Below, in pieces: positions 12,083 to 26,015 of a stretch of 64,000 bases of DNA. The DNA comes from Vicugna vicugna (Eukaryota): positions 20,860,678 through 20,924,677 of the forward strand of contig MU062133.1 in NCBI GenBank assembly GCA_013265495.1, written 5' to 3'. The number at the start of each line of letters is the position of its first letter. Position 1 is the first letter of the stretch. A program made the position numbers and the translations under genes. The notes under the pieces are model-generated. The model was given only the letters and a program-made list of their open reading frames with translations. It did not search any database and was not told the DNA's origin.

Positions 12083-13249
12083 GGAAGAAAGAAAGAAAAA
12101 CCATTATGATAGAGGCCTGAAAATATTGCGAGATTTTTTTTCAACAAATTCAACATAAAGCAACTAACATGTTAAATAATATGTGGAGAATATGTGGGTT
12201 TCAAAGTAGAAATATGGTTGATTTAAAATATAATCAACATTCAGTCAGACTATAACTTTGCCTTCAGAGGCCTGGAATTCAGCCTTGCCTTTTTTCCAAG
12301 AACTCTGTCCTTTGTGCCTGGTGACTACAAGTTCCTAAGTGGAAGTCGTGAGGGTAGAATCTGTTCTTTCTTATTTATAATTAAAAAAATTAAAAAGGGT
12401 GTTTGGGGACCACTTGTACAAGTGCCTATAAATCTACAGTAAGGAATTTTGCCTTAGTAGCCCTAAATAGACTATCCCTTTTTCTCTAAATTTATGGAAG
12501 AACTTTAAAGGCATTTTGTGTACATAGTCACACAGTCTATGCTTTAATTCAATGGGACTTTTGGCAGAGTATGGACTACAAAGTTAGATATTTGGGATTC
12601 AATTCTCTTTGGTGTGTATTTCCCAGACCCAACTTCATTTTATTTATACAACCTCATGGTGTCTCTGTAAACTTGTTCTTTCTCATCATCTACTGAAATA
12701 AATAGTGGTTGCAAAGGAAAGAAAAAATTAATCTCCTAAACTTTTTCAATGAGAGAGCTGTCATTTTGTCCAGAAGGGTAGCTCAGTTATCACAGCTGTC
12801 ATTCTGATGACCAGAATCTGCAGTCCCCTTGAAGTCAGGGTCTCTACAATGCCCAGCAAGCATTTGCCAAGGAAGCTTGCATCAATTGTCCCACATACCA
12901 CCTGGGGTTTGTAGAACTGAAGCAGATTGAATCAGGGTGGCACTGGGCTTACCACAGAGCAGTGTTCTTCCAGCTCATGGCCGCCTTGGAACAGTCATTA
13001 CTATTGAGAAGAGAGGGCACAACCAGATGAACCACAATGGAGAAGAAGTCCTCAAGGAACTCACCAGTTTGGAGACAGCCATTTCTGAACTTCAGGTCCT
13101 GTGTATGGCAACACCAAATGCTTTGGAGTGGGATTAACTCAAGGAAAGGCCTGTATGACTACCTAGCATCCTCCTTGCTGCAAGTTCTCCGGCCAGTGCA
13201 GAGCTCCCACTTTATTATTAGAAATACTATTACTCTATGAAAGATACAG

Positions 13250-13482
13250 TAATAATAACCAGTGTTCATGGGAGTTTACTAAATGCCAGACATTGGGAGA
13301 AGTGCTTTACCCGTATTGTCTCATTTAATCTTCACAATGCCTCAGCGAGTTAGCTGTCATTAATTAGCACGCCTTAGAGGCTTGGAGACTGGGTCTGAGA
13401 GGTTAGATAACATGTCCAGGTATTTGCCTAGGAATGAGCTCAGCCAGAATTCAAACAGGCAGTCAGATCCCAGAGTCCACCT
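13250..13482 (-). mobile_element. MIR SINE
   Basis: tactaaatgccagacattg...gtgctttac...tctcatttaatcttcacaat...gagaggttagataacatgtccagg...gaattcaaacaggcagtcagatcccagagtcc. Confidence 0.8.
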
Positions 13483-14511
13483 TCCTCATGATCATGATGA
13501 CTGCAAGTAGGACAGTATGCTGGCCTTAGACAGTCAACGGTCTCAAGACAAGTCTCAGTGTCCCTCACTTCCTATCGGAGAGTGAAGGCAAAAGGCATCC
13601 AGCCTGTAGGGGATGAGATGAGCTGCAGGTACCAGGTCAGCAGGGCTTTGTGTCGAGTCTTTCAGCGCATCGTCAGGCACGTAAATGCCCTCTTTCTAAA
13701 GCTGTGACTGGGACGAGAAGGCAAAACAGAAAGAAATACAAGTGCAGTATTTCTTTCCTTACTTGTCACAAACGGAAGGTTCTGTGAAAAGTTGAGAAAC
13801 AGATCATCCAGGGCAAAAATCAACAAATTTCATGTCTAGGATTAAAGACCAGAATCCTCTAGAGGGACTTCAAAGAATTTGCCCAAAGCCCCATGTCTCT
13901 CTTTTCTTTACGGAAGTAAACTTAGTCTTCCATGCCCCTTTGCAGCTAGGTTCTCTCTGCAGCAGACTGTTCCCTGGGAAACATTTTGGGAAATGAAAGT
14001 AATTTTTCAGGTGGCCAGGAACAGAGAAATCTAAAATCTTATAGCTTCCATCAATTTAGTTGTTTCACTGTGATGACAGATCAGACGAGGTCTCTGCAGG
14101 CACCAACTCCTCTCTCTGACTTTCACACTATGATTCAGTTCACTTTTCCTCCTGGAGATTTCTCTCTCATACACATGTACCATGAGTTTCCTCTTAGCTC
14201 ATCATCTCTCATTTGCAAAGTCAGTCTCCCTTCCTCATCCCTTCTTACTCCATTTGTGAACCTAAGAGTGACGCTCGTAATTCATGACTCCAAATCATAA
14301 GTGGTGCTAGACACACATCTGTGTCAAGGAACAATGTAGCTATGGAAGTAAAATTTAAATAATATAAAACTGAGACTATCAACTTTTAGAGTTCTGGAAC
14401 CATCCACTGAGCCCCTTTGGAATCTCCCTTTACAAATAACCTAGGATCACATTACAGAATCTCCAGTTTGGAAAAGATCATAGAGGTAATGGGACCTGTT
14501 TGCATGCATTC

Positions 14512-14630
14512 TCTGTCATTTACATCTGCAAAGACCCTTTCTCCAAGTAATAAGGCCACATTCATAGGTTCTTGGGGTTAGGGGGCGCTCATATCTTTTG
14601 TGGGGAGGGGGCACCATTTAACCCACTGTG
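14512..14630 (-). mobile_element. MLT1 LTR fragment
   Basis: ttacatctgcaaagacccttt...aaggccacattcataggttcttggggttagg...tatcttttgtgggg...aacccactgtg. Confidence 0.7.
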
Positions 14631-17429
14631 GCTGAGCCGCTGGGATCCAGTCAGGCAGTCCAGCTCCAGAACACGGCCTCGTAGCCATTATGCTACCCTC
14701 TCTCAACGCTGACTTTTCACAGGTGTCAAGAAAATGCCTGCCAAATTAATCTGAGCTTTTCACAGATCATCACGAGGCTGAAGGGCTCGTCTTTCTTCAT
14801 TGATATTCTGTCCTTGTTCCCGAAAGGCAGCAAGCACATAAAGTCGACACTGTCCCACGCACACCCTGATAGAGGAGGGAGGAAAAACAGCGTATGGGGT
14901 TCCTTTTTAAAGAGGACTGAATTAAACTTTGCAAATGTCAAAACCTTATATATTTAAAAAATTTCAAGCACAAGTATAAAATCTCCTTGCCTCAAAAACC
15001 ACAGTTGACAAAACCACCATTGACAAAGAATTACTACACACGCAGTGAAAATCTGACAAGACACAGGGATAGTTCAAGATATGGTGTTAGGTCGTTACCC
15101 AGATGCCTGAAGAGTGGGGAGTTCTACCATTGTCCCTTTGTGATGAGGGAAAACAGATTTTTAAATGAAGCCCGCAGCTTAAGTGTAGAAAACTTAAAGC
15201 TGTAAATAATCAATATTGTCATTTAAAGGGCGAGCTTTATTTCTTCTGAGGTAAAGCAATGAGCCTAGGCAGAGCACTCCCTCTACCAGACATGATTTGA
15301 AACAGCTGAAAAATAAACGTCTGACCATAAGATTTTAGGACAGAAACACTGCCAGAGCTCTAAGTGTCTTTGAGAATAATAAAAAGAAAGTAAACAATGC
15401 CAAAGGCCAGACGAACAAAAGGAAAATTCTTACTTCATTTGTTCGAGTCAAATACCGTAGAAAAAAAAAATCTGTGCTTAAGCAGTTCTTCTGGGGTCCA
15501 AATTCCTGCCCCACGTGCATCGTTCTGTTTAAGCTCCGTGCTTTCATAATGTCATTAAATGGCTTTCGCTGCTGGATGGGGCCAAGACAGTTTTCAATCT
15601 AAAGCCAGTGAGAGCCTCCAGGCAGATTCTGAGGGCCTTTACCACCTGAGCCTGGCCATCTGGGCTCTTCCTTTCACTGTTGTGACATTGTCTTGGCATC
15701 TGACCCCTATGGGAGAGCGGAGTCCATGAGCGGAATCCTCATGCCTTCAGCCACATCAGTTAGCTGAGAGCATGCCATGAAGCAGAGGTGCGGGTAATAG
15801 AAAACAACAGATCACAAGAAAATCCTCTGGATTAGGCATCGCTAACAAGAAGCTCGTTTTGTCAGACACCCAGAGCTGCATTATGAACAAGCTAGAAGCT
15901 AACTGGGCAATGAGGGGATGAAGAATGGGCGAGTAACAGACTGAGTTGTTGCTTCTTAACTGAGGCTTGACTGTATTAACAAGCATGCAGTGATTCACTG
16001 ACTAGCACCAGAATTTTACCAGCTGCCCCGAAGCTTGCCCATGAACACTGTCCCAGGGGCACATGTTAGGATGAGGTCCTTCTGATAACTTCTCCTTTGG
16101 ATGGCATCCAGAGGGCCACGTGCCCTGTGGAATTTCACATTGTAACCGGGCATGCTTCAGAGAGATTCCAGAGCAGTGATGATATTAGTTATTTAGGCTG
16201 AAGGTTATCTGCTCGTCCTCCTCCAGATCTCTTTAAGCCCTTAAGGGAAGGCACCTCGTTAGTGTCAGATGACGGGAGTCTGGTTCCCTTTTCTAGTAGG
16301 AGCTACTCATGTCGTACATACTCTGAAAGATCTGGAAAGCCTTTTCTTTTGGCCTCTAGTTAGGAAAGGAGGCATCTGAAGCCTGGACTTACCACTCACC
16401 TTGGTGCTGTTCATGGATGCTCTTGGGGAAAATATTTAAAAATCTCCTTATAGCTCTTGTGATTAATACTGAAGCTCTGGTTGCCAGTTGTGAATTACAA
16501 ATGGTTTATTATTATTTTAAGAGAAAGCTAATGCTTTATAATGAGGATTAGAGTACAATAGTGAGATAATATAGACGGGGTAAGAATTTGTAGTATTTTC
16601 TTGTTTCTTTCATTCTGTGCAGAACCAGCTAGGGGAAAATGACATTTTAAAGGGAACTGATGAGATTTATTTAAGAAGTCAGTACATAGCATCTCTCTTT
16701 CCTCCATCCAAATTCTGAACTAAGAGATGGACAAGGAATAATGCAGAGGGTGGTTAAAATATCACCTTGGTTAATGAGAACAGCTAAGATGTGCGGTGTG
16801 GCTAGCTCTGTGCCCTGAATTAGGAAGCATTGCCTCACGCCATGGACAGTCTTTGAAGACTTAGGTCTCCCCCTGAGAGACCCTGTAGAACAAGACATAG
16901 CAGAACAGACTGTGAGCTTTCCAGGGGAAGCTGGCTTCTAATGGGAAGGGAGAGAGAGAGGACCTGGACCACACATGTGAATTCCCTTCCCTTAGTCACC
17001 ACCCGGAATGCCACCTCTGGGGCATTAGTGGTAAGGCAAGAAGTAAGGCAGGTTCAGGGAAAATCTCTGTTCCTGGAAACCAGAGAGGAGGGAGAAAGTG
17101 TTCACCCATCAACAGGAACTTAAGTGGTTAAATTTATCTTCTTGAAACAAACAATCCATGTAAATATTTGCAGCCAGAATGAATTTCTAGTTGTGTTCTT
17201 TGGATGATTTCTCCAATGGAGGCCTGTAACATGTGGGGAATTTTCACCAAGACCAGAGTCCTTATGGGTCCAGAAATTCATCTACCTCTAAAGGATTCTA
17301 AGATTTGTATTTGCTTCCACAAGCCATTCAAACAGTCACTCCAATCTGCCATGGATACATCCCATGAAGGCAGCCCTAAACCTGAGTTTGACTTATTTGG
17401 AGTCTGACATTTTTCATTATGAACATCAG

Positions 17430-17602
17430 TGATTCACACCCCAACTGCACTTAGAGTCACCTGGGGAGAGCTTTTAAAAATGACTGATGACCTGGCCTTT
17501 CCTCAAACCAAGAACACTGGAAACTCTGGGGGCGAGCCTGGCATGGGTAGTGACAAAGCTCTCCAGGTGATTCTAATACGCAGTTTGGCTAGAGAACCAC
17601 TA
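17430..17602. mobile_element. MER5A
   Basis: gcacttagagtcacctgggg...gaaactctggggg...ctctccaggtgattctaatacgcag...gagaaccacta. Confidence 0.8.
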
Positions 17603-17664
17603 ATGTTGATGATTTCCCTTCATCAGGATTGGGAATCGCTGCTGCTCAGGTTGGCAGAATTCTG

Positions 17665-17760
17665 AAGCAGGCAATATAGGCTTATGGTTAAAAGTGTTTT
17701 TGCTCTGGTGCCAGGCAGTCTGGGTTTGAATCCTGATTCCCCTCCTTACTGAGAACTGGT
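17665..17760 (+). mobile_element. MIR 5' fragment
   Basis: tatggttaaaagtg...ctctggtgccaggcagtctgggtttgaatcctg. Confidence 0.7.
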
Positions 17761-18721
17761 GAGGGTCTTTAAACATTCTTAGTCTCTTCAAGGTGACCAA
17801 GGACATCCATAAAAAGAATCTTGCTCCAGTGAGTATAGCTGTGCAGCCTTGGTCTTCAGCATTTATGGTAGTGAACCCCAGAGGGCTTCTTCTGTTTGAT
17901 CCATCACCCCTTCGTGTTTGTTGCAAATGGCAACAGAGCACAGCTCTGCCAAGTGACGCTTAGGATGTGCTCCATGCCATGGAGTCCCTATGTCTTAGTT
18001 TCTGGAGCAATTGAAATAGAAGATGCTGGGCTTCCCTTGTCAAAAAAATTCCCCTTTCACTCACTGTCCCGTGGTATAAACTTCTCTTTGGCTTATTAAA
18101 TTCTTAATATTTACATTATTAATTCCTATTAGTTGAACTTTTAGACACTCACATGCATAGCTATTGGTCCGTGTCATGGCTCTCCAGCCTGTAAGGACCA
18201 TGTCTTCTTGCTCCTATCTTCAGAAAATCACACACTCATTATTTAATAAATAGTTCTGGATTATGAGAGTAATTATGGTCTTGGAAGAATTCTGTCTATA
18301 CAACCAAGAACTCATAGGTCTTAATTTTATAGCTGAAAGGGACCTTAAAGACCCAGGTCTTAGAGCTGAGAGGTGACCTCCCTTGGGCCACACAGGCATA
18401 GGGACAAGGGACAAATCTGTGATCTTACTCCAAGTCCATTTCTCTTTTCACTTTATCACTCTGCCTCTCTGCATGACTCACTAACCTACTACTCTTTTCT
18501 AAATCCATCTCATTCCATTTTCTCTCTTTGCTGCAAATGCTCCAAATTCATAGGGAAGGAAAATGGAGGAAAGATTTGAATATACATTTTGGGCTTCCAT
18601 GTTTGGATTGCTTTGGAGAAGTCTTTGTTTTGCTTTGTAGCTTGTTTCTCGGTCAACCCAGGGTGCAGAAGTTTCCCCAGGCATTTGATTGAGCAGCAGG
18701 TTGGTCCTCTGCCATCCTCTC

Positions 18722-18740
18722 CCCCTGCCAGGTGGCGCCA
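18722..18740 (+). promoter_or_regulatory. CTCF-like motif (forward)
   Basis: CCCCTGCCAGGTGGCGCCA; core CCAGGTGGCGC intact, but a conserved upstream C is T. Confidence 0.35.
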
Positions 18741-19811
18741 ACTGTAGCCCACAGGCAGTGATTCTGCTGCCACCCTCCCTGGAAAGGAGCTAAATGAGGC
18801 AAAGAGAACTGCAGGCGGGGAACCTCTCAGCCAGGAAGCCAAGGCAATACCTGTCACTGCTGTCATTGGCTTGAGGCCTAGTGTCCCTCACTGCCGGCCG
18901 TGATGGCTTTGGCTGTGAAAAGTCTCCTTACAAAGGAGGCTCTCACAGGCTCCAGCCACGGGAGTGCGATGGCCAGGGTTTCAGGAAACTGGGGTGAAAT
19001 GGACAGAACAAGAGTTTCTCCAAAGACCGAACAAGACAGGAGGTTCCCACTGCTTGGAAAGCTATCTGTGTGTTCCAGAGGCTTGCAGAACAAAGGCCTA
19101 CACATGGTTATTTTGGCAAGAACAGGAAGGTGTAGATTATCCTTTTCCACCCCGTGAAAGTGGCCACCTAAGACGTGCCTGCTGGAGGAACATCTGTTTT
19201 AGCACTAACAGAGCCTCCGTGAGGGCCTCCCCATGGTCTTCATAGCAGACACAGCACTGGCAATGGGAGAGCTGCAGCCGTCAGAGGCACACGTGGTGAA
19301 GAGTTTTGTCTCCCCCTTTCATCTCAGTGTTTCCACAGTGACAGTGGGCACTGAGTGTGCTCTGATGGGCTCCGCTCCCGCCAGCTCCCACCAGCTCCCA
19401 CCAGCGGCTCTCAGTATCCCATCAAGCCACATCTTCCCTCCCTAAGGTGTTATTTCTGGAGACAGCATTTGGGAAGTGACAAAATCAAAATATCCAGCTT
19501 GAGCTTTTGTACATCTTTGGTGCATTGGGTGCCTGAGTGATGGAATTGGATCTGGCGGCATATGCTTGTGCAAGACAGCTTTCCCCATCTGGAGCCCAGG
19601 TGTGTGGCTTCACCCCTGAGTCCCAGATAGAGATATCAGTGAGTAGTGAGAGCAGGACACATCCAGCTCACCTACCTTTGTTTCAGAGAAATGATTTTAC
19701 CCTTTGAGGTACAGGGTCAAGATCTAATTTTATTTGTAGACCAAGGTTAGCTGCAATGGAACAGATGAACACACTAAGAACAATGGGATTTTGTAACTCC
19801 TTGTTAACAGT

Positions 19812-20000
19812 CAGTGTGGAATAGTGGTTAAGAGTTTGCATTCTGGAATCAGAGAGATCAGAGCTTAAGTGCCAGCGTTGATTTGTTCTCTTGTGACCTT
19901 AGGAAAGTAAAGCAAAAAGTAAGGCTGCAGTTTCTTCATCTACAAAATAAAGATAATTATAGTTCCTGCCTGGGAGTATAGTAGTGATGATTAAGAAGGA
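19812..20000 (+). mobile_element. MIR SINE
   Basis: cagtgtggaatagtggttaagag...ctggaatcaga...tgtgaccttagg...cagtttcttcatctacaaaat. Confidence 0.8.
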
Positions 20001-23000
20001 AAAAAATTGTGAAAAAAATTAAAACTTAAATGCCCCAAAACCAGTCACATCATAAAAGCACAATTAATCTTAGAAGCACAGACTCCCCTCTACCTGACCC
20101 CTTTCCAAATACTTCTATCTAGAGCTTTTGTCTTCTCCCACTGTTAGAATGTCCTTATCCTAAACCCAAATTTCACTAACCTTGTCTTCTGATCTTTGCA
20201 TTTTTGTCTACCTTTTGGAGCCACATATTAAAAACCGAATCCCTTTTTATAATGGCAGTGACGGAGCTACTGCCTTGCACAGGGACACCCTTTGCATTGC
20301 AATCTGGGTGAAGGGCACCCCCTTGTGCCAGCCCCATTGGAGAGGAGAATAGGAGGGATGGCATGGAAAAGGAGTGTTGAGAGACTGGCCATATCCTTTT
20401 CAATGAAAATCCCTGGTGAAGTGAGGACCACACGAACATTCCACCTTCTCCCAGCAAAGTGGCTACAACGCTATCAACACTTCTGCGTAGAACATGATTT
20501 CACATCAAGGCCCATTACCCCAGGATCATGCTCTTCTGAAAGTGGGGCACCAAACCAAGTCCACATTCCAGGTGAGACGTGACCAGGCTAAAGGGAGTGG
20601 AGCTTGACTTCCTTCGTTTTGCTGGATACTCTAACTAGGATGCCACTGAGATTGAAAGCTATCTTAGTACTGGAGTCCTTATAACAATTCTTTTCTGAAC
20701 AATAACTCTGGCCTTTAATCACATGTTATCCTGCAAAATCTCTTCACTTAAATTGTTACTTGCTTTTTGTTTCACTTTATGTTTATTTGTGTCTTTTCAT
20801 ACTGTCTATATTGGGAGTTCTTTGAGAAACAACTGTGTTTTGAACAGTTTAATGACTCTTGTTGAGTCTAGCACAGTGTGTGAGTCAATAATAAAAATAT
20901 GCCTAATTTGAATATTTAAGTAGAATTAAAGCAAAGGGACAGTATTTGCTAAAATTTAGAATGGCCACTATGGCAATGGAATGAATCTGTTCTGTGTGCA
21001 TCCCAGCATCCCTGGGATAAAGTACCCTCGAAGAAATGGTGGCAAGTTCTGATTTGGTTAATGAATCACAATTTCCCAAAGTACAAGCATGATGCTTAGG
21101 GGAGCCCTTAGTAATAATTCTTCACGTGTGGTTTTCCCGCTCACATTTTTAACGTATTCGGTGATTTTCAAACTGCACTCTGTGGAGCCTGTGAGGTTCC
21201 AACGGGATGTCCCAGGGATGCGTGGGAGGGGCAGAAAAGGGGAGAACAGAGGGTGGGGCTCTGTCAGCCCTTTATTTCACCCAGAGCTGTTGGCCTTTGG
21301 CTGTTGTATGTATTGGACTTCCCTGTAGTATTTCTTTTGGGGGAAAAATGTTGAAAAGCCATCAGTTTAGCCCGTCCCTGGTCACTTCAGAGTGGTAGGG
21401 AATATGACCAGTTCCATGTTTCCACTTACATAATGCATTTCTAGGTGAAGTGGATTTGAAAAAGAGTCAAAATTAACTTTTTAATTGCTAAATTTGGTCC
21501 TAATATGTTTAAAACTCATAACAGTCCTGGTCTAAAGGGAAAGGAACCGCACCATCCCCATCACTCTTTGTCAAGCCTTCCCCCTCCCTCTGCAGACCCA
21601 GCTGGAGAGGGAATTAGACCTGAAGGAACCCTGGGGACTTGACAGACACTGAATAAATGGTGTTGCCTGTTTGTGATTTGCTTCAGATTTGGGGGCAGTT
21701 CCTTGAGAACCAATCCTCACCTGCTGTTTTGATGACAGAAAAAAAAGTACCTATTCTTCCTTCTGGAAAGAAATTCTTGTGTGTTTTTCTTACTCAGAGA
21801 TGACGGTCAAGTATCTAAAAATGGGTCATTTACTGGCCCTTGTGGGTGATCTTCTCTGGAGAGAAAGGGGCAGGGTGGGAAAACATATTTCCTTTCTCCA
21901 CTTCTCAGCCAGCTTCCTAGGGGTCCGTGACGGGTGAGGCCGGGGGGGGGGGCGCTCTGAAGCTACCTTGGTCTCCCAGATTATATTTTCTGACTGTCAA
22001 GCCTCCTCCAAGAATCATATTTTAATAAGGATTTGGGGCTCATACCAAACTCTCATCATTTTACGTGCTATAAATATTTAGAAATATCTTAACTCTGCTG
22101 CCATTGTTTCTTTATCTGCAAGATGGAGACAATAATAACTTTCACAGAGGGCATTTGGCCTGATTAAATGAAGATGGATGACAAAATAACTAGGAGAGAT
22201 CTGGAATAAAGTTGGAAAGGGTCAGTAGCAAAAATTTAGTGGCTAAGATGGGTGACCCCAACTCCAAAGCACTAGGAAGCAGGGGATGAGGAGCACCACG
22301 TGGGGCAAATGTCATCACACTAGAAAAGGGGATTTTGCTGTGATGTCTTCACCGCCCCCCACCCCCGCCCCGCCACACTTGTGGAGTAGCAGGAAAAAAT
22401 CTGAACTATGTTGAGTATAAAACATACACTAGCTGAAACATAAGGAAATATTTCCATTTTTCTTTCTTTCAGTGTTATAATAAACAAAACCAGCCTGTGA
22501 CCAATAAAAACATATAAGCTTTCTTCCTAATCTGTGTTAGCTGCACTTAATATACCAGGAATGAGGAGCTTCTTTGAAAATAACTTTAGTTGAGAAATAT
22601 ATCTTTTCATTTTGAGGGATTCCACCCAATTGGATATTTTCAGTTACATTTAAGGGAACTCACATGCACTGTCTCCTATCTGTGGTGCTATTAAATTCTG
22701 AGAAGGGTTAGAATATAATAGTGTACAAGTCAGTTAGACTTTTTTATTTCTCTGCAACTAATCCTCATAAGTCCCCATCCTACTGGGCCAGAGGGTAGGG
22801 AAAGGGCAGACAGGAGACAGAAACTTTTCTATTTACAAGAGTCCTTGGGTTCGAAACAGTCTCTTACCTAAAGTTCAGACAGATGCTCCAGGGTAACCTA
22901 TGTATCTTTGGGAAAATGTTATATCACTTAGGTTTCCCACCTCCCTCAACTAAGATGGCATCTGGCTGAAGAGGGAAGCGCGTTCTCGTGGTGATGGGGA

Positions 23001-23724
23001 AAAGGGTCCACCAGCTGGGTCTCTGATCAAATGTGGTTGGCTAGGTCTGTACCCTGGGCACTTATCTGATATCCATGGCTCAAGTCCATGGCTGATGAAA
23101 CTCGTGGTCTGTTCGCTGTTGGCTCCAGCTCTGGTCCCCTCAAATGGTCTGGTCTGGGGTGTTGGCATCTTAATTGCTGGCTCTATTGTGCGGCATGTTT
23201 GCTGGTCTTTGAACAACTAACTAGATGTCCACTACGTAGCTTCCTGGCACTCCAGAGGCATGACCTTCTGTCTCCCTCACAGCTGGATAGAGTCTACCCC
23301 ATAGTCATTGTGTCAGGTTCTTTTTCCCCATGGGACAGCTTCACTTAAGGCTAGTACAATCTTCTCTGGGCCCCAATAAACCTCGGTATTCACACATGTT
23401 AACCTCATTTTTGGAGAAAATCTACACCCTATCCCCGATCATTATGCTAACACTTTGCATTTTCCAATACTTAAGAGATGTAATATTTAATACAGGAATT
23501 CTTTAAAGGGACTTAACATTTTCTCAGTCTTCTCAGGGAACCCTGTCTTCTCTGGGATCCCTTTAAAGTTATTTTACTTCTTAGAACCTTTTTGGGATTT
23601 TGATTCCTTTCCTATCTGATAAGGTTTCTCCTACATTATACCCTTCTCTTTCCTGAGGCAGCGTCCACCCTCTTCCTTCCTCAGGGTCATAAAGGTGCAA
23701 GAAATCTGTCAAAGGAAAACACAG

Positions 23725-23905
23725 CAGGAAGTATTTATTACTGTTATTATCCTCTTTACACATACTTTATTTTATTTAATCCTTGCAATAGCCCCCAGGG
23801 GTACTTATCATTATCCCCATTTGCAGATGAAGAAACAGAGGTTCAGAGTGGTTACATCACTTACCCAAGTGACTGAACCAGAATTGACTGCAAATCCTGT
23901 GCCAT
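23725..23905 (-). mobile_element. MIR SINE
   Basis: atttaatccttgcaatagcccc...attatccccatttgcagatgaagaaacagaggttcagagtggtt. Confidence 0.85.
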
Positions 23906-25859
23906 TCCATCATGCCAAACTGCCACCCAAGGAACTATAGGAGGCAGACACTGCTGAGTTGCTTTATTAACAAGGAGTTACTCTTCTGCTGGATGTCCCC
24001 AGCACTTCAATCTGATTTGTCTTTCAGATTCGCTCCCCCACCCTCATCCGCAGTGCAATGCAGGAGAGCAAAAGCTGCATAGCCTTTTAAGGTGCTTGGT
24101 CAAGAAGTCACTTAATACAGAATTAACACATCATCACTGCAATTACAGTTTGTTTCTTTGGGAAAACAAATGAAATGCTCACTTATTTATCACCACTCCC
24201 TTTGGAAAGAGCTAGCGACACGGTGAAGTAGAGAGTTTACCATAAACAATAAAAGGTGAGTGCAGAGGCTTTTTAAAACAAGACCAAACATTTGGCTGGA
24301 GCCCAGAAAACATTACTCTTTGTCCATTAGGATTCTCTCCTACACAGTTTTCCAGAGGAGGATGAAATTCCTTGGGTCATGTTATAAACATCCATCTTTT
24401 AAATCACGCCCCTAATAGAAAGAACAGAAGACGAAGCATGTGCTGTAAGTCATTCGCCTGCAGAATGTGCTCTGCACACAGTGATATAACATGTGGGGTC
24501 AGCCCCTGCGTCAAAGACCAAATACACAAGTGTAAAGAGATGGGAGGAAAAAGACAGACTCCACATGGCCAGCCTAGGGGAGGGCAGGACAACCCTCTGG
24601 GGAGGAGAGTCTTGGAAAAGGCTTGCTGGGGAGGAGCTGAGGGGAACATGACTGCAGCCATCTGGGTCAGAGATGGGAATACATGCCTGGATGTAGGGGC
24701 AGTGCTCAGTGGAGCAGGGAGGAGATGCTGGAAGGGGAGTCTGGAGATTTCTTGGCTATTGTGTGATTGGATATAGCCCAGAAGGGGTCCAAAGCTAAGG
24801 AAGGCACTTTTCCCTCTCCCCAGGACCCCAAAACCTTCTGGATTCCCAAAATCTTCCTCTCTCATCATCTCCTTTCACTCTGGACCGAAAGGAAAAAGGT
24901 TTGTACCCTACTGGCAGAGCAGACAGCACAGGGGATAGTTTCTGCCCCCCTCTCTCGTTAATCCTTCCTCTCCAGCCAAATACATCTTTTCGCTTTTTAA
25001 TTCCTGTCAAGGAGTCAAGCAATATACACATTCTGTCTGAGCCCTGTGTTCCCCACATCCATGCAGGAACCCTCTCTAGATGACCCACCCTTTGTAACTG
25101 ATAAACTGTAATTTGCCCCATCTTTGTTAGCCCCATACTCCTGTCCTCCAAGTTCACCACCCCTGTCTTACCTGTGCTATTTAATTCAAGCATCACAACC
25201 CAGTGGACCAACTGTGACAGAGCACTACACAAAGAGACTAAAGACAGGTTCTGCTTTTAATTAGCTGAATGGCTGAGAGTAAATGTTATAATAAAGGGTA
25301 GATATCTATCATTGATTGAGCATCTAGTAGGTCAGGTCCTATGCTAAGTACTTAGAGTTATTAATTTAGGAAAGTGAGCACCATTATTTTTAAGTTTTTT
25401 AGTAACTGGAAGTTTTGGTACCTTATTAACTTGCCTTCTTTTTCCCCATGGTCATTAAATTTGAAAATAAAACAAAACTCCCCATAACTGAAAGGGCTTC
25501 CTGGTTCTCAGGGTCAGGGGGAGGAAGGGATTGTGTACATGTCAGGATCTTCTGGCATTTCCTTCAGTGGAATCGAAGTAGGAGAACAGAGGGTAGGCAG
25601 TGGGGAAAGGGCAGATGGGCAAATCCCTGGGATATTTAGGGGACAGGGAGGAAGGAAGTAGGATGCTTCCCTGTGAGACATGTATCTATGCATTGAGCAG
25701 TGACTGGTCCCCTTGGCTCTGCTAAATAATCAGAGGCCTGCGCTTGAGTCTCTGCCCTTGTACACGGTCCCTAGGTAACCGTGGGATGTTACTTTACCTT
25801 GATGAGCTTCAGGTCCTGCTTTTTAAGATTAGCAATGGCCAGTGACCAAACTCAGAGGA

Positions 25860-26015
25860 TAGAACCATGGTTCAGGCTCTTTCTCCATGACAGACTAGCT
25901 GTGTGACCTTGAGTGAGTCATTGAACATCTTCTGAGGTCATATTTTCATCTAAAGTGGAAATAGATGACTACCCTACCCTACAGATCAATGTGATAATGT
26001 GGGGCCAGTGCTTTT
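25860..26015 (+). mobile_element. MIR SINE
   Basis: actagctgtgtgaccttgagtgagtcattgaacatcttctg...ttttcatctaaa. Confidence 0.7.

Noticed and set aside
12937-13137. Protein-looking ORF (...GEEVLKELTSLETAISELQVL...)
   Set aside because: Non-ATG start, no convincing donor, no homolog recognised
22351-22378. G-quadruplex on the minus strand of a GC-box cluster
   Set aside because: Only three runs of at least 3 G; at most SP/KLF-like sites, with no other promoter support
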